This document shows positions 30,319 to 30,351 of a stretch of 30,351 bases of DNA, piece after piece. The stretch is taken from NCBI GenBank assembly GCA_013416795.1, contig RQSC01000001.1, forward strand, positions 19,332 to 49,682, in the 5' to 3' direction. The notes under the pieces were generated by a model, which was not told the origin of the DNA, made no database searches, and saw nothing but the letters and a program-made list of their open reading frames with translations. Position numbers and translations under genes: made by a program. This DNA comes from Prasinococcaceae sp. CCMP 1430. Its lineage: Eukaryota > Plantae > Prasinodermophyta. How positions within the stretch are numbered: position 1 is the stretch's first letter; each line of letters opens with the position of its first letter.

Positions 30319-30351
30319 ATGAGGGAGGGCGCGCCGCGCGCGGCGCGGCGC

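Overview
Eukaryotic nuclear DNA from a very GC-rich, compact green-algal genome. It looks prasinophyte-like (inference from plastid-protein homologues, short GT-AG introns and (CG)n-rich introns; the organism cannot be fixed without a search). About 18 tightly packed, mostly spliced protein genes, often head-to-head or tail-to-tail: a DUF2358-like plastid protein, an RWP-RK factor, a TPR protein, a TIC56-like protein, a PH-BEACH protein, peroxiredoxin Q/BCP, a RETICULATA-related protein, a UhpC-type MFS, CPP1, ATG6/Beclin-1, a TauD dioxygenase, a rhodanese-like protein, a GT32 glycosyltransferase, a secreted orphan, a UBL/BAG6-like protein, an ABCB (TAP-like) transporter and a bacterial-like MFS. 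Exon/intron models were read by hand from GT/AG sites and frame compatibility. Most long ORFs in the supplied track are shadow ORFs. N gaps (7991-7995, 10239-10369, 14408-14827, 29145-29431; single Ns at 5321, 11216, 18551, 27270) hide several 5' ends. No rRNA, tRNA, CRISPR array or transposase was seen, and I found no clear multi-gene novel system. Most unusual observations: a ~145-bp element present twice 22.5 kb apart, a ~200-bp fold-back covering a start codon, a decayed SNF2-helicase fragment under the 5' end of the TPR gene, distal branch points in several introns, a strongly coding repeat exon with no visible start, and an orphan domain overlapping the ABC transporter's 5' end.
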